This document shows, piece by piece, positions 11,691 to 21,184 of a DNA stretch of 64,000 nt. Each line of letters opens with the position of its first letter. The stretch's first letter is position 1. The position numbers and the translations under genes were made by a program. This DNA comes from an uncultured Methanomicrobiales archaeon (GTDB lineage Archaea > Halobacteriota > Methanomicrobia > Methanomicrobiales > Methanospirillaceae), in contig CAVWXH010000015.1 in assembly GCA_963758915.1 (NCBI GenBank), positions 64,001 through 128,000 on the forward strand, written 5' to 3'. The notes beneath the pieces are model-generated. The model had not been told where the DNA came from. It made no database searches and was given only the letters and a program-made list of their open reading frames with translations.

Positions 11691-12077
11691 ATGGTTGAGG
11701 TTTCCATTATATCAGGTTCTGCATCAGACGCAAAAATTTCAGAGCGCGCTGCCGCAGTCCTCATCGAACACAATGTCAGTTATGATTGCTCTATCATCTC
11801 AGCACACCGGGAACCGGAGAAGCTGGATGAATTCGTGAAAAAGAGCAGTTGCAAGATCTTTATCGCAATCGCCGGTCTTTCGGCAGCTCTTCCTGGCGTG
11901 ATCGCATCAAAGACAAAAAAGCCGGTTATCGGTGTCCCGGTAAGCGGTCCCCTGCAGGGTATTGATGCACTGTTATCAATTGTCCAGATGCCAAAAGGGG
12001 TCCCGGTGGCCTGCGTCGGCATAGATAATGGTGAGAATGCGGCACTTCTTGCCGTGAGGATGCTCGCGATCAAATAA
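11691..12077 (+). CDS. purE: AIR carboxylase / N5-CAIR mutase
   Basis: [34 protein letters not shown]. Confidence 0.93.
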   Translation: MVEVSIISGSASDAKISERAAAVLIEHNVSYDCSIISAHREPEKLDEFVKKSSCKIFIAIAGLSAALPGVIASKTKKPVIGVPVSGPLQGIDALLSIVQMPKGVPVACVGIDNGENAALLAVRMLAIK

Positions 12078-12108
12078 AATAGGAAACGCCGGGAAACCTA
12101 CTCAATAA

Positions 12109-13395
12109 TTACTTTTTTCCTTTCTGAGGCGGCTCCTTATCAAGGAGGTCCTTAACCAGTTTCATCGCGCACAGGTCTCCGCACATCGAACAGGTCTCGA
12201 GTTTCCCATCCCGTTCGTGAATTTTTCTTGCTACATCACCAAAGAGACCAAGCGTGAACTGGCCTTCCCAGTCCAGCCTCCGGCGGGCATCAGCCATCTG
12301 TGATTCCCGCTGAAGTACAGAGTCGTCCTTTCGTCTCGCCATGTCACCAATATGCGCTGCAAGACGGGCAACCCTAGTCCCTTCAATAATATCATCAACG
12401 TCCGGAAGGGCAAGGTGTTCGGCCGGTGAAACCATGCAGAGGAAATCTGCCCCGTTTTCACATGCAATTGCACCCCCTACGGCGGCAACGACATGGTCAT
12501 ATCCCGCCCCGATATCGGTGACCAGTGGACCGAGCAGGTACAGCGGGGCGTGATCGGTCAGTTCCTTGATCATCCTCACATTGTACCCGATCTGGTTCAT
12601 CGGGATATGACCAGGCCCCTCGACCATCCGCTGTACTCCGCGGTCGAGGGCACGGTGAGCAAGACTGCCGAGTGTCAGGTATTCAACGGTCTTTGCCCTA
12701 CGCCCCGCGTCCCGGAGACACCCGGGCCGCATCCCGTCCCCAAGACTGATTACCACGTCTGACTCAGCAAGAATGTCAAGGAGGTAATCATATTCCTTGA
12801 ACAACGGGTTCTCCTCTTCCCTCTGCACCATCATGGCAATGTGAAATGCACCTCCCCGGCTGACGACTCCCATAAGCCGCGGGTCTTCCCGGAGAGCTGC
12901 AAGCGCTTCGTAATTTACTCCACAGTGCAGGGTAAGGAAGTCGACACCATCTTTGCAATGCTGCCGGATGACGTTAAAAAGCGTATCTGAGTCAACATCG
13001 GCCACATTGCCGGCTTTCCTGACCGCTTCGTAAACCGGAACCGTCCCGACCGGCACATCGAGGGCGAGGATACTCTTACGGATCTCCGGGAGGTCCCCGC
13101 CAGTGGAGAGGTCCATCAGGGTATCAGCGCCGTTCTTAATCGCTGCTTCGGCCTTCCTTATTTCGAGTGCCTCATCACACCGCTCACCCGATGTGCCGAC
13201 ATTCACATTGACCTTGACACGGCACCCTTCACCAACCGCACATGCAGGGTGTTTCCGGTAAGGATTTGCGGGGATCACCACCCGGCCCCTGGCTACGCTT
13301 CTGGCGAGGTCCCGGGGCGTAATTCCCTCAACCCGGGCCACCTGTTCCACGACAACAGGGACTCCTTTATGGCATTCCTGGACGAGGGTATACAT
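12109..13395 (-). CDS. thiC: Phosphomethylpyrimidine synthase ThiC-family radical SAM enzyme (ThiC or Bza paralog)
   Basis: KVNVNVGTS, MDLSTGG, GVVSRGG, SLGDGMRPG, EGPGH, PAEHLALP, CSMCGDLC; likely start ATG 13395. Confidence 0.85.
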   Translation of the reverse strand: MYTLVQECHKGVPVVVEQVARVEGITPRDLARSVARGRVVIPANPYRKHPACAVGEGCRVKVNVNVGTSGERCDEALEIRKAEAAIKNGADTLMDLSTGGDLPEIRKSILALDVPVGTVPVYEAVRKAGNVADVDSDTLFNVIRQHCKDGVDFLTLHCGVNYEALAALREDPRLMGVVSRGGAFHIAMMVQREEENPLFKEYDYLLDILAESDVVISLGDGMRPGCLRDAGRRAKTVEYLTLGSLAHRALDRGVQRMVEGPGHIPMNQIGYNVRMIKELTDHAPLYLLGPLVTDIGAGYDHVVAAVGGAIACENGADFLCMVSPAEHLALPDVDDIIEGTRVARLAAHIGDMARRKDDSVLQRESQMADARRRLDWEGQFTLGLFGDVARKIHERDGKLETCSMCGDLCAMKLVKDLLDKEPPQKGKK

Positions 13396-13429
13396 AAAAC
13401 ACATTTGTTTCGGGAACTTATTATTGTGC

Positions 13430-14032
13430 ATGCCTGTCCAGTGGATTCCCGGTGACCCGGTATTTGCTAATTCCTACCTTGTTGGGGATACTCTCATTGA
13501 CGCCGGGGTGACACCCCTGGCCGTCTCGAAATACCGGGACACCATCAGGAAGATCATCCTCACCCATTGTCATTTCGACCATACGGCCCATGTTAAGGAA
13601 ATTGCCCTGATGTGCAAGGCAACAGTGTATATTCACCGCGATGATGCCACCGGACTTGTTACGGATGCACAGAGCCTCTCCATGCATTTTGGTTCCCATT
13701 CACCCGGGATTATTGCCGACACCCTGCTCATGGACGGGGACCATGTAGGTGATCTCCTGGTCATTCATACCCCGGGCCACACGCCCGGCAGCATCTGCAT
13801 CCTGGACGAAGCAAGCGGGGACCTGATCTCCGGGGATACGGTATTTACCGATGGTGGATTTGGCAGGTTTGATTTCCCGGGCGGGAACCTGGATGAGTTA
13901 ATCCGGTCAATTGAACGGCTTTCGGCATTGGATATCCAGGGTCTTTATCCAGGACACGGGGAACCCTCCCGTCAGGGTGGTGCACGCCATGTTGCAGCCG
14001 CACGTGAACTGATCCGGATGACCTGTCCGTGA
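13430..14032 (+). CDS. MBL-fold metallo-hydrolase (glyoxalase II-like)
   Basis: THCHFDH, HTPGHTPGS, SGDTVF, YPGHG. Confidence 0.9.
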   Translation: MPVQWIPGDPVFANSYLVGDTLIDAGVTPLAVSKYRDTIRKIILTHCHFDHTAHVKEIALMCKATVYIHRDDATGLVTDAQSLSMHFGSHSPGIIADTLLMDGDHVGDLLVIHTPGHTPGSICILDEASGDLISGDTVFTDGGFGRFDFPGGNLDELIRSIERLSALDIQGLYPGHGEPSRQGGARHVAAARELIRMTCP

Positions 14033-14045
14033 AAGGTCCATTCCG

Positions 14046-14495
14046 ATGGAAAAAGGTGTTTACTGCCTCGTATTGTTCCACGGGCCCTGCACCATCCGGG
14101 TAGGGGCCCTTGGGTACCTGGCATTTCCAGGCGGCTGGCATGTCTATACCGGTTCTGCGCAGGGAACGGGTGGCCTCAAACGGGTACAACGGCATATCAG
14201 TCTCGCAGCATCCCGGAGACACACAAAGCGGTGGCATATTGACTACCTTCTGGGTTACGAAGGGGTCACGCTTCTCTCTACCATCTGTGCACGCACGGCC
14301 CTCCTAATCGAATGCGAACTCGCAAATGCAATCGGTGGGGTCCCGGTCAGAGGTTTCGGGTGCAGTGACTGCCATTGCGGTTCACACCTTTTTTATTTTG
14401 ATACGGATCCGGTCAGTTCGATCATAAGTGCGATGGTTTCAGCCGGTCTTGACCCCGTCATCGCAACAATCAATACCAAGCAGGGAGAGTGTTGA
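14046..14495 (+). CDS. GIY-YIG nuclease family protein (DUF123)
   Basis: KGVYCL, YTGSA, RVQRH, WHIDYL, GFGCSDCHCGSHL. Confidence 0.85.
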   Translation: MEKGVYCLVLFHGPCTIRVGALGYLAFPGGWHVYTGSAQGTGGLKRVQRHISLAASRRHTKRWHIDYLLGYEGVTLLSTICARTALLIECELANAIGGVPVRGFGCSDCHCGSHLFYFDTDPVSSIISAMVSAGLDPVIATINTKQGEC

Positions 14496-14509
14496 TTGAT
14501 GGTGATGGT

Positions 14510-15061
14510 ATGCAGGTACTAGGGATCTCCGGGAGCATGAGAAAAGATGGCAATACGAGCAGGCTGGTAACTATCATTCTGAAACAATGCCAGGATAAGG
14601 GGCTTACAACCGAGTTTGTCTCCCTTGCTGACAAGCAGATCCATCCATGCATCGGCTGTGAAAAGTGTAAAAAAGAGCACGAATGCTCCATTACCGACGA
14701 TGACTGGGAAGAGGTCGCGTCCCGTATACTTGACTGCGAAGTGCTGGTGATTGGGTCACCGACCTACTATTACGACGTATCGGGGCAACTGAAGAACTTC
14801 ATTGACAGAACATATTCCTATTACCACGACCGGAGACTGGCCGGGAGGAAAGCCGTGGCCGTTTCGGTTGAGGCGGATAAAGGGGGTTCCAGGACAATCC
14901 AGACGATAGAGGGGTTCTTGTCTGCCCACGAGTTTTCATACGTTGGTCATGTGAAAGGCAAGGGGTACCTTGCAGGGGATGTGCTGAAGGATGCAGATGC
15001 AATCGCCCATGCAAAGAAAATCGGTGACAAGATAACACGGCTTTTCCACACAGGGGATTAA
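14510..15061 (+). CDS. Iron-sulfur flavoprotein / flavodoxin-like NADPH-dependent FMN reductase
   Basis: ISGSMRKDGNT, CIGCEKCKKEHEC, GSPTYY, LKNFIDR. Confidence 0.88.
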   Translation: MQVLGISGSMRKDGNTSRLVTIILKQCQDKGLTTEFVSLADKQIHPCIGCEKCKKEHECSITDDDWEEVASRILDCEVLVIGSPTYYYDVSGQLKNFIDRTYSYYHDRRLAGRKAVAVSVEADKGGSRTIQTIEGFLSAHEFSYVGHVKGKGYLAGDVLKDADAIAHAKKIGDKITRLFHTGD

Positions 15062-15096
15062 AGATCTTTTTAAATAGTCACATTTTTTATCTTTTC

Positions 15097-15840
15097 ATGT
15101 TAATTACTCCGATATTGACTTCCACACACCCCGCTGAACAGCCGCCACCTAATGTACCCCGCAACATTAGAGGTCATGACCCGGTATGTAAAAATTTAGA
15201 CAGGGTTATAGCCCTCAGTGACGGGGTCTTCGCATTTGCTGTCACCTTACTCGCCCTCTCACTCATAGTCCCGACGTTATCCACCGGAGCGCGTCAGACC
15301 GAATTAGTAGCTGATCTCATGGGTATGGGACCGACATTTATCAGTTATTTTGTTAGTTTTTTTGTCATTGCATCATGGTGGCGGGGCCACCACCGGGTGT
15401 TTACGTATATAAAACGGTGTAATTCCACCCTTATCAGCCTTAATTTCTATTTCCTCCTCTGTATTACGATAATTCCCTTCCTGACCAACCTGATCATCCA
15501 GTATGGCAGTTTCGAACTCGCAACGATATTGTTTGCATTCATGCAGGTCGTGACCGGGGTTATGCTTATCATCATCTGGATGTACGCATCCGGAAACCAC
15601 CGCCTTATTGACCCCCACCTGAATGTACGGGTTATCAGGTTCAATTACCACCGGGAACTGATTGTGATCGCTATTTTTCTCATATCGATCCCTGTTGCCC
15701 TGTTCAGTACGGCCCTTGCACAAATCTCGTGGATTGCTCTGGCGCCGCTTGCCAGTATCCTCCAGCGGGCATACCGCGACGTGGAAGAGTTGGTAGAGGA
15801 GGTAGAGGAGGAGATAGATGCCAGGGATAAGAAGGATTGA
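15097..15840 (+). CDS. TMEM175 (DUF1211) family K+ channel
   Basis: RVIALSDGVFAFAVTLL, SYFVSFFVIASWWRGHHRVF, six TM helices. Confidence 0.85.
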   Translation: MLITPILTSTHPAEQPPPNVPRNIRGHDPVCKNLDRVIALSDGVFAFAVTLLALSLIVPTLSTGARQTELVADLMGMGPTFISYFVSFFVIASWWRGHHRVFTYIKRCNSTLISLNFYFLLCITIIPFLTNLIIQYGSFELATILFAFMQVVTGVMLIIIWMYASGNHRLIDPHLNVRVIRFNYHRELIVIAIFLISIPVALFSTALAQISWIALAPLASILQRAYRDVEELVEEVEEEIDARDKKD

Positions 15841-15939
15841 TCGGTGCAATATTCAGATAGGATCTTATTCAAGCCATGTTGTTATTCGGTATTCCGGAAA
15901 ATTGATTTTTTCAGGTATCCTGTAAAAAACCGAATTTCC

Positions 15940-16204
15940 GGTTCTGCTGATTATGCTCTCAAATCTATCCTGGAAATTTTTGGTATTCTGAAATTTACCC
16001 ACGTTCCCGGGAGATCCGCCCCACCGCTTTGGCAACCCCGGGTGGGATAGGAAATGGCCTTTTTATCTCTGAAACTTTCAGGAATACTTCAGTTGAACCC
16101 TGCCCAAAGGATATGTTGCCGGGGGTAGGACAGGGGGTGAAACACCCTCGTTGTCTTACGTGTTTTCCCTTCAATTCGAAACACGCGAGGGTGTCAACAA
16201 ACCC
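15940..16204 (+). mobile_element. MITE-like dispersed repeat, copy A
   Basis: Left end GGTTCTGCTGA..CTCTCAAAT; core TCCGCCCCACCGC..TGGC..TGGGATAG; AGGGGGTGAAACACCCT; right end GAGGGTGTCAACAAACCC; alignable by eye to three other copies. Confidence 0.7.
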
Positions 16205-16210
16205 GGATTT

Positions 16211-17299
16211 TCACACAAACGCATAAAGTGTTGTGCGCTGGCGGAGTTCACGGCCAAGGTCATCCGCCAGTATTTTCATCTCGGACGGGTCCAGGTAATC
16301 GGTATTGGATGCACCCGCTCCTTTTGAAATGCTCTCTTCAAACATTGTCCCGCCAATATCATCGGCCCCGGCCATGAGACCAAGTTGTGCCATTTTGATG
16401 CCGGTCTTGACCCAGGAGACCTGGATATGCGGGATATTGTCGAGGAAGAGGCGCGCTAGCGCAACCATCAGGATATCTTCCCTTCCGGTAGCCCCGGGGC
16501 GCGCAGTGCCCTCCCTGAAAAGACGCGTATTCATATGGACAAACGAGAGCGGCACAAATTCTGTAAACCCGCATGTATCATCCTGTATATTCCGGAGGAT
16601 CTCAAAATGCCGTACCCGGTCTTCAACCGACTCACAATGGCCATACATGATCGTTGCAGTCGTGGGTATTCCAAGAAGATGCGCTTCCCGGATAATTTTC
16701 TCCCATTCCGCGGTAGAGATTTTCCCAGGGCATATCACATCACGTACCTCGTCAACGAGTATCTCTGCTGCAGTCCCGCATAGTGAACCAAGGCCTGCCC
16801 CTTTCATCTCCACCAGCATCTCTCCTGTCGTGATGCCACTTTTCCGTGCCCCATACGCGATTTCCATAGGATTACCTGCGTGAAGGTGAACCTCCGGGGC
16901 TTCTTCGTGGAGGGTGCGGATTATCCCGGAATAGGAGGAGGCGTCAAAATCAGGGTGCAGACCGCTGACCGTACAGATTTCCGTGACATTTCTTTCCCGG
17001 GCGAGAGCTGCCTTCTCCCGGATCTCATCGGGACCGAAGAGGAATGTCCCTGCATCACCGGGTTTTTTTGAAAAGCCACAGAAACCACAGGTGTTTATAC
17101 AGATATTGGTGACATTGATGTTCTGGTTCCTTACGTATGTCACCCGGTTTCCTGTAACTTTTTCCCTCACTTTGTCTGCTGCTGATGCGATGTCCCAGAC
17201 ACGCCTGTCCCGGACTGACATGAGCATTATCCCCTCCCGGGCGGTAAGCCGGTGTCCACCAAGAATGTCATCAAGAAGTTGCCGGACGGGATCTGTCAC
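16211..17299 (-). CDS. cofH: FO synthase subunit CofH (paralog 1)
   Basis: VTYVRNQNINVTNICINTCGFC radical SAM motif, GTAAEIL, TTATIMYGH, IQVSWVK, GGTMFEESIS. Confidence 0.9.
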   Translation of the reverse strand: MTDPVRQLLDDILGGHRLTAREGIMLMSVRDRRVWDIASAADKVREKVTGNRVTYVRNQNINVTNICINTCGFCGFSKKPGDAGTFLFGPDEIREKAALARERNVTEICTVSGLHPDFDASSYSGIIRTLHEEAPEVHLHAGNPMEIAYGARKSGITTGEMLVEMKGAGLGSLCGTAAEILVDEVRDVICPGKISTAEWEKIIREAHLLGIPTTATIMYGHCESVEDRVRHFEILRNIQDDTCGFTEFVPLSFVHMNTRLFREGTARPGATGREDILMVALARLFLDNIPHIQVSWVKTGIKMAQLGLMAGADDIGGTMFEESISKGAGASNTDYLDPSEMKILADDLGRELRQRTTLYAFV

Positions 17300-17441
17300 G
17301 TGAAATTAACACCTCATATTCCTAATCTGACGAAGGATGGCAGGGCTGATAAAATCATCCATAGATACCCGGTCGTTTACAAAGAGGGATTCCTCCTGAA
17401 TGCTTATCGGTGTTTAACACGTACCTCTCATGCGAATACGC

Positions 17442-17789
17442 ATGATCGAAGAAACAGTTCCATTAAAAAATTCAGATGGAAAAGGGTTTGTTATTCCCCT
17501 CGGCAGTATCAACCTCGTCGGGGTCGTGGCCAGAAAGGGTATGGTGGGGTGTGGTGCCTTTGACGTTTCTGCACTCAATAATTTTGCGTACCCGGCAGCG
17601 AAAGTCCGTCCGCTGACCGGTCCGTCAATTGTAACGATAGCCGACCTTCTTTCAGGAGAAATCAAAGAAGCAAACGCTGCGGCCCAGCAGTTTGGTATCA
17701 CAAAGGGTATGACCGGAAGGGCAGCACTTAGACCTGCTTTCCTGAACAAAGAGTCAGATACATACTTTAAAAAATTAACACACAATTAA
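17442..17789 (+). CDS. YunC (DUF1805) family protein; natural end probably TGA 17745 after a +1 error
   Basis: KGMVGCGAFDV, AAKV, DLLSGEIKEAN, GITKGMTG; removing one base near 17728 gives ...GRAALDLLS*. Confidence 0.75.
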   Translation: MIEETVPLKNSDGKGFVIPLGSINLVGVVARKGMVGCGAFDVSALNNFAYPAAKVRPLTGPSIVTIADLLSGEIKEANAAAQQFGITKGMTGRAALRPAFLNKESDTYFKKLTHN

Positions 17790-17819
17790 TTGTTAATCAA
17801 TCGAAAGAGATAATATAAC

Positions 17820-18085
17820 GGCTTTGTTGAACCCCTCTCAAATATATCTTGCAGAGCCGGTAATTCCATTATTCGGTCACGCATCCGGGGCTCCGCCCCG
17901 CCGCGTTGGCGATCCAGTCTGGGATAGGGAATAATCTCAAAATCCCTGAAATTTTCTTCCAATCCCCCGAATCGGATCCTGCCAGTGAATATGTTATTGG
18001 GGGCGGGGCAGGCAGGGGGTGAAACCCCCTCATGTCTACATATTTTTCCTTCCTTCTTCTAAATACGCAGGCTTTCGAAAAAGAT
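17820..18085 (+). mobile_element. MITE-like dispersed repeat, copy B
   Basis: Starts GGCTTTGTTGAACCCCTCTCAAAT; hairpins GGGGCTCCGCCCC (17887-17899) and AGGGGGTGAAACCCCCT (18014-18030); right end degenerate. Confidence 0.72.
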
Positions 18086-18171
18086 ATCATAACCGTTAAA
18101 AGCTAAATCCCCAATACAGAACTTTATCACTTATGATCTGGTTCGTTTCTGATTCTGCTCTTCAAATCGAT

Positions 18172-19077
18172 TTAACTCGTGGGCAGACCTGCAGTCGGTA
18201 TTTTGAAGATGTGGATCGATTGGTCTTTCCCTGCACAGGGACCGGGCTGATTTGACTTCCTTTTATCCGATACAACTGCCAGCCGGTCGTTTCCAAGCCA
18301 CGTCACACCTTCCAGATTACAGTATATAATCTGGCCTTTATCATCACGTGGGAACAGAAACAACTGGCCATCGTCTTCGAACGGGTCTTTCATACTGATC
18401 GGTTGAGCACGAAGGCGCCCAACCCACATGGCAGACGAGGCCTGCGAGAGCACTGTCAGACAGCCATTGGCGAAATCAAGGCTGGAGTAGTCCTTGTAAC
18501 GCACTGATTTTGGCAGTCTTATCGTTCCAACATGCTCCCAGTTTTCCGCGGCCCATTTGAAGACCTGGATAACTCCATTTCCCGGCTGAACTCCGGCGCT
18601 ACCGCTTTTACAGTTATTTCCCTCGCATAGACCAAGCAGGTAATCGTTCCCGGTATAGTGGAGGGTTGATAAGCCTTCGAAACCTTTGTTGCCGTTTTTG
18701 AGTGGAAAGTTCAACCAGTAACTTTTGATAAAGGCAAAGGATTCGTCAAACTCATCTATGCGTGGCATGAAGACGCCCGACTTCGTTTCAGCGGCCTCGA
18801 TCAGGCAATACCACCGGTTGTTTGATAACTGATATGTAATATCTTCATAACCAGCCCCCGTTCCATTCAAATCCATCAAGAAAGGCTCCACTCCCGCGTA
18901 GCGCCAATCAAGCTTGATACGCAAAAGACGCGGATCATCATCGAAAATGATGTGGAGATAGTCATCCTTCAGGTAGATGCCACTGGCTTCGTAGCGCTTA
19001 TCGCCAGCGCCTTTGAGCAGTGCGCCAATCCTGACCTCCAGAACAAGCTCCAATAGAGTCGCCGTTTCCTGCTTCAT
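18172..19077 (-). CDS. Hypothetical protein, possible beta-propeller (SdiA-regulated/phytase-like)
   Basis: Repeated blade-like motifs YEASGI, GYEDIT, GFEGLS, DYSSLD, NLEGVT; SD-like GGTG/GGAG before ATG 19077. Confidence 0.6.
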   Translation of the reverse strand: MKQETATLLELVLEVRIGALLKGAGDKRYEASGIYLKDDYLHIIFDDDPRLLRIKLDWRYAGVEPFLMDLNGTGAGYEDITYQLSNNRWYCLIEAAETKSGVFMPRIDEFDESFAFIKSYWLNFPLKNGNKGFEGLSTLHYTGNDYLLGLCEGNNCKSGSAGVQPGNGVIQVFKWAAENWEHVGTIRLPKSVRYKDYSSLDFANGCLTVLSQASSAMWVGRLRAQPISMKDPFEDDGQLFLFPRDDKGQIIYCNLEGVTWLGNDRLAVVSDKRKSNQPGPCAGKDQSIHIFKIPTAGLPTS

Positions 19078-19238
19078 TGCTCCAACACCTGCATGGAAAT
19101 TTTCCAAAGTTGCCAAGGATTATATGAATCACTTGTAATGGAAGATATTATCCTCCATCATCTTGTTTCCAAGGTTATTTTCCAATAGAATTTTTTTAAA
19201 ATAGAAAGAATTCCCAATCCGTTTATAATTACCCGTTT

Positions 19239-20327
19239 TCATAAAAGATCGTATAGCGTTGTCCGCTGGCGGAGCGGACGCCCGAGGTCCTTTGCAATCC
19301 GCTCCATTATAACCGGGTCAAGGTATTCGGCACTCTCCGCACCGGCATCTCTTGATACATCATCGGCGAACATGGTCCCTGCGAAGTCATTCGCTCCCGA
19401 TGCCAGGGATAGTTCGCTCATCTTTAGTCCTAACTTCCCCCAGGAGACCTGGATGTTTTTAAAATTGTCAAGAAACAGGCGTGAGACGGCAACCAGGAGG
19501 ATATCTTCCATGCCGGTCGCACCCGCACGGGCAATACCCTGCTGGTAGAGGGGGGTACCGGTATGGATATACGTTAACGGGACCAGTTCCGTGAACCCCC
19601 CGGTCTCATCCTGGATTTCACGGAGAATGGACAGGTGTTTCGCGCGTTCCGGGGCATTTTCATAGGAACCATACATGATGGTTGCGGTCGTCGGGATCTT
19701 CATCCTGTGGGCTTCCCTGATGATCTTTGTCCAATCACGGGTATTGAGTTTATTCGGGCAGATCACCGACCTCACATCATCGACAAGGATTTCTGCAGCC
19801 GTCCCCTGGAGTGAACCGAGTCCAGCTTTTTGCAGCCGCTCCAGGACCTCGATAGTACTGATTCCACTCCTGTCTGACGCATGAGCGACCTCGTCCGGGC
19901 TGAATGCATGTACGTGGACTCCCGGGGCAGCCCGTGTGACCCAGCTGAGGATCTCCTCGTAGGACTCCATGGTGAAATCCGGGTGGACCCCGGAGAGAAG
20001 ACAAATTTCAGTGACCTTCCGCTCCATAGCGAGCGCCACTTTTTTTCCAATCTCCGCCTGGTCATTGCAGTATGCACCCTCGGCACCCGGGCTTTTCCCG
20101 AAGCCACAAAAACCGCAGAGATTTTTACAGATATTCGTGATATGGATATTCTGGTTACGCACGTACGTTATGATATTCCCGGCCTTTTTCTCCCGCATCC
20201 CATCTGCGGCAGCGAGAATAGAGAATACCTCCCGGCCCCTGGTGTCGAGAAGCGCGGCTGCTTCAGGCTCTGTCATACGGTGCCCACCCCCGATATCACG
20301 TAGCAGCTGGCACAGGTCCATATTCAC
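19239..20327 (-). CDS. cofH: FO synthase subunit CofH (paralog 2)
   Basis: ITYVRNQNIHITNICKNLCGFC, GTAAEIL, TTATIMYG, IQVSWGK. Confidence 0.88.
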   Translation of the reverse strand: MNMDLCQLLRDIGGGHRMTEPEAAALLDTRGREVFSILAAADGMREKKAGNIITYVRNQNIHITNICKNLCGFCGFGKSPGAEGAYCNDQAEIGKKVALAMERKVTEICLLSGVHPDFTMESYEEILSWVTRAAPGVHVHAFSPDEVAHASDRSGISTIEVLERLQKAGLGSLQGTAAEILVDDVRSVICPNKLNTRDWTKIIREAHRMKIPTTATIMYGSYENAPERAKHLSILREIQDETGGFTELVPLTYIHTGTPLYQQGIARAGATGMEDILLVAVSRLFLDNFKNIQVSWGKLGLKMSELSLASGANDFAGTMFADDVSRDAGAESAEYLDPVIMERIAKDLGRPLRQRTTLYDLL

Positions 20328-20335
20328 CCTCAGAA

Positions 20336-21184
20336 TTATTTCTTCTGCTTATTCTTTTTCCCGGGTTTTACCTGGCTTTTTGGGGTTTCCTTTTTGCGGA
20401 GATACCACTCGTGAAGGAGGATGAGAAGGATAATGATGATCGCAACCGGGATTATATTAAGCGGCAGATACCCTACGAGGGGAACAGAAAAGACCGCTTT
20501 GCCAACAATCCATTCCGGTTTAACGGGTTCGATTGCCCCGAGACTCGTATAATGTGAAAGCCCTGACCCCTGGTCACTCCTCCAGTTGTTATCCCCTTTC
20601 GTAATATAGCCACCATGGGTGTCCGTGCTGTTCAGGGGTACGATAAAGCCGATATCAGGGTCTGGTGAAGGAATAATCGATCCCTGGGCGGTAAAATTGT
20701 CCTTCGTTATCGGGATGTAACTCGTTGGCGTGTGTTTCCCACCACTGGGGTTGACATAGGCGACCAGCGTGCTGCCCGGTTCCTCGTATACCATTGCACG
20801 GTGGATGATCGGGTGTGCCCCCCCGATAAACGGTATCGGGGAACCGGTCCCCCCGTTCGGGTTATAGATTATTACATCACCATAATCCCCGAATTTGGAA
20901 TATCCCGACTCTTTTCCCTCGGTCCACGATTGAAGCGGGCCAAACCTGTCTGCCTGGACAACGAACACAAGGTCCCCTACATTCATGTGCGGTACCATGC
21001 TCTCGGACTCTATCGTCACAACAGCAGGCCACGTACCGCTGACTGCGAATAAGAGCGCGGCTATTGAACCGACAACAATGATTACCCACAGGAACTCGCG
21101 GAGCAGTGATATGACTTTATTGTCACTATTTTTAAATTTTTCAAGAATTGAGGTGTTTTGCTTATCCTCACCAGTATCTTTCAT
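20336..21184 (-). CDS. sec11: Signal peptidase I, archaeal S26B/Sec11 type
   Basis: TM then VTIESESMVP (catalytic Ser), GDVII, PIIHRA (His), ITKGDNN. Confidence 0.88.
   Translation of the reverse strand: MKDTGEDKQNTSILEKFKNSDNKVISLLREFLWVIIVVGSIAALLFAVSGTWPAVVTIESESMVPHMNVGDLVFVVQADRFGPLQSWTEGKESGYSKFGDYGDVIIYNPNGGTGSPIPFIGGAHPIIHRAMVYEEPGSTLVAYVNPSGGKHTPTSYIPITKDNFTAQGSIIPSPDPDIGFIVPLNSTDTHGGYITKGDNNWRSDQGSGLSHYTSLGAIEPVKPEWIVGKAVFSVPLVGYLPLNIIPVAIIIILLILLHEWYLRKKETPKSQVKPGKKNKQKK

Noticed and set aside
14046-14495. GIY-YIG gene as a homing endonuclease or mobile element
   Set aside because: It matches the short housekeeping-type DUF123 family, with no intron, intein or insertion context.
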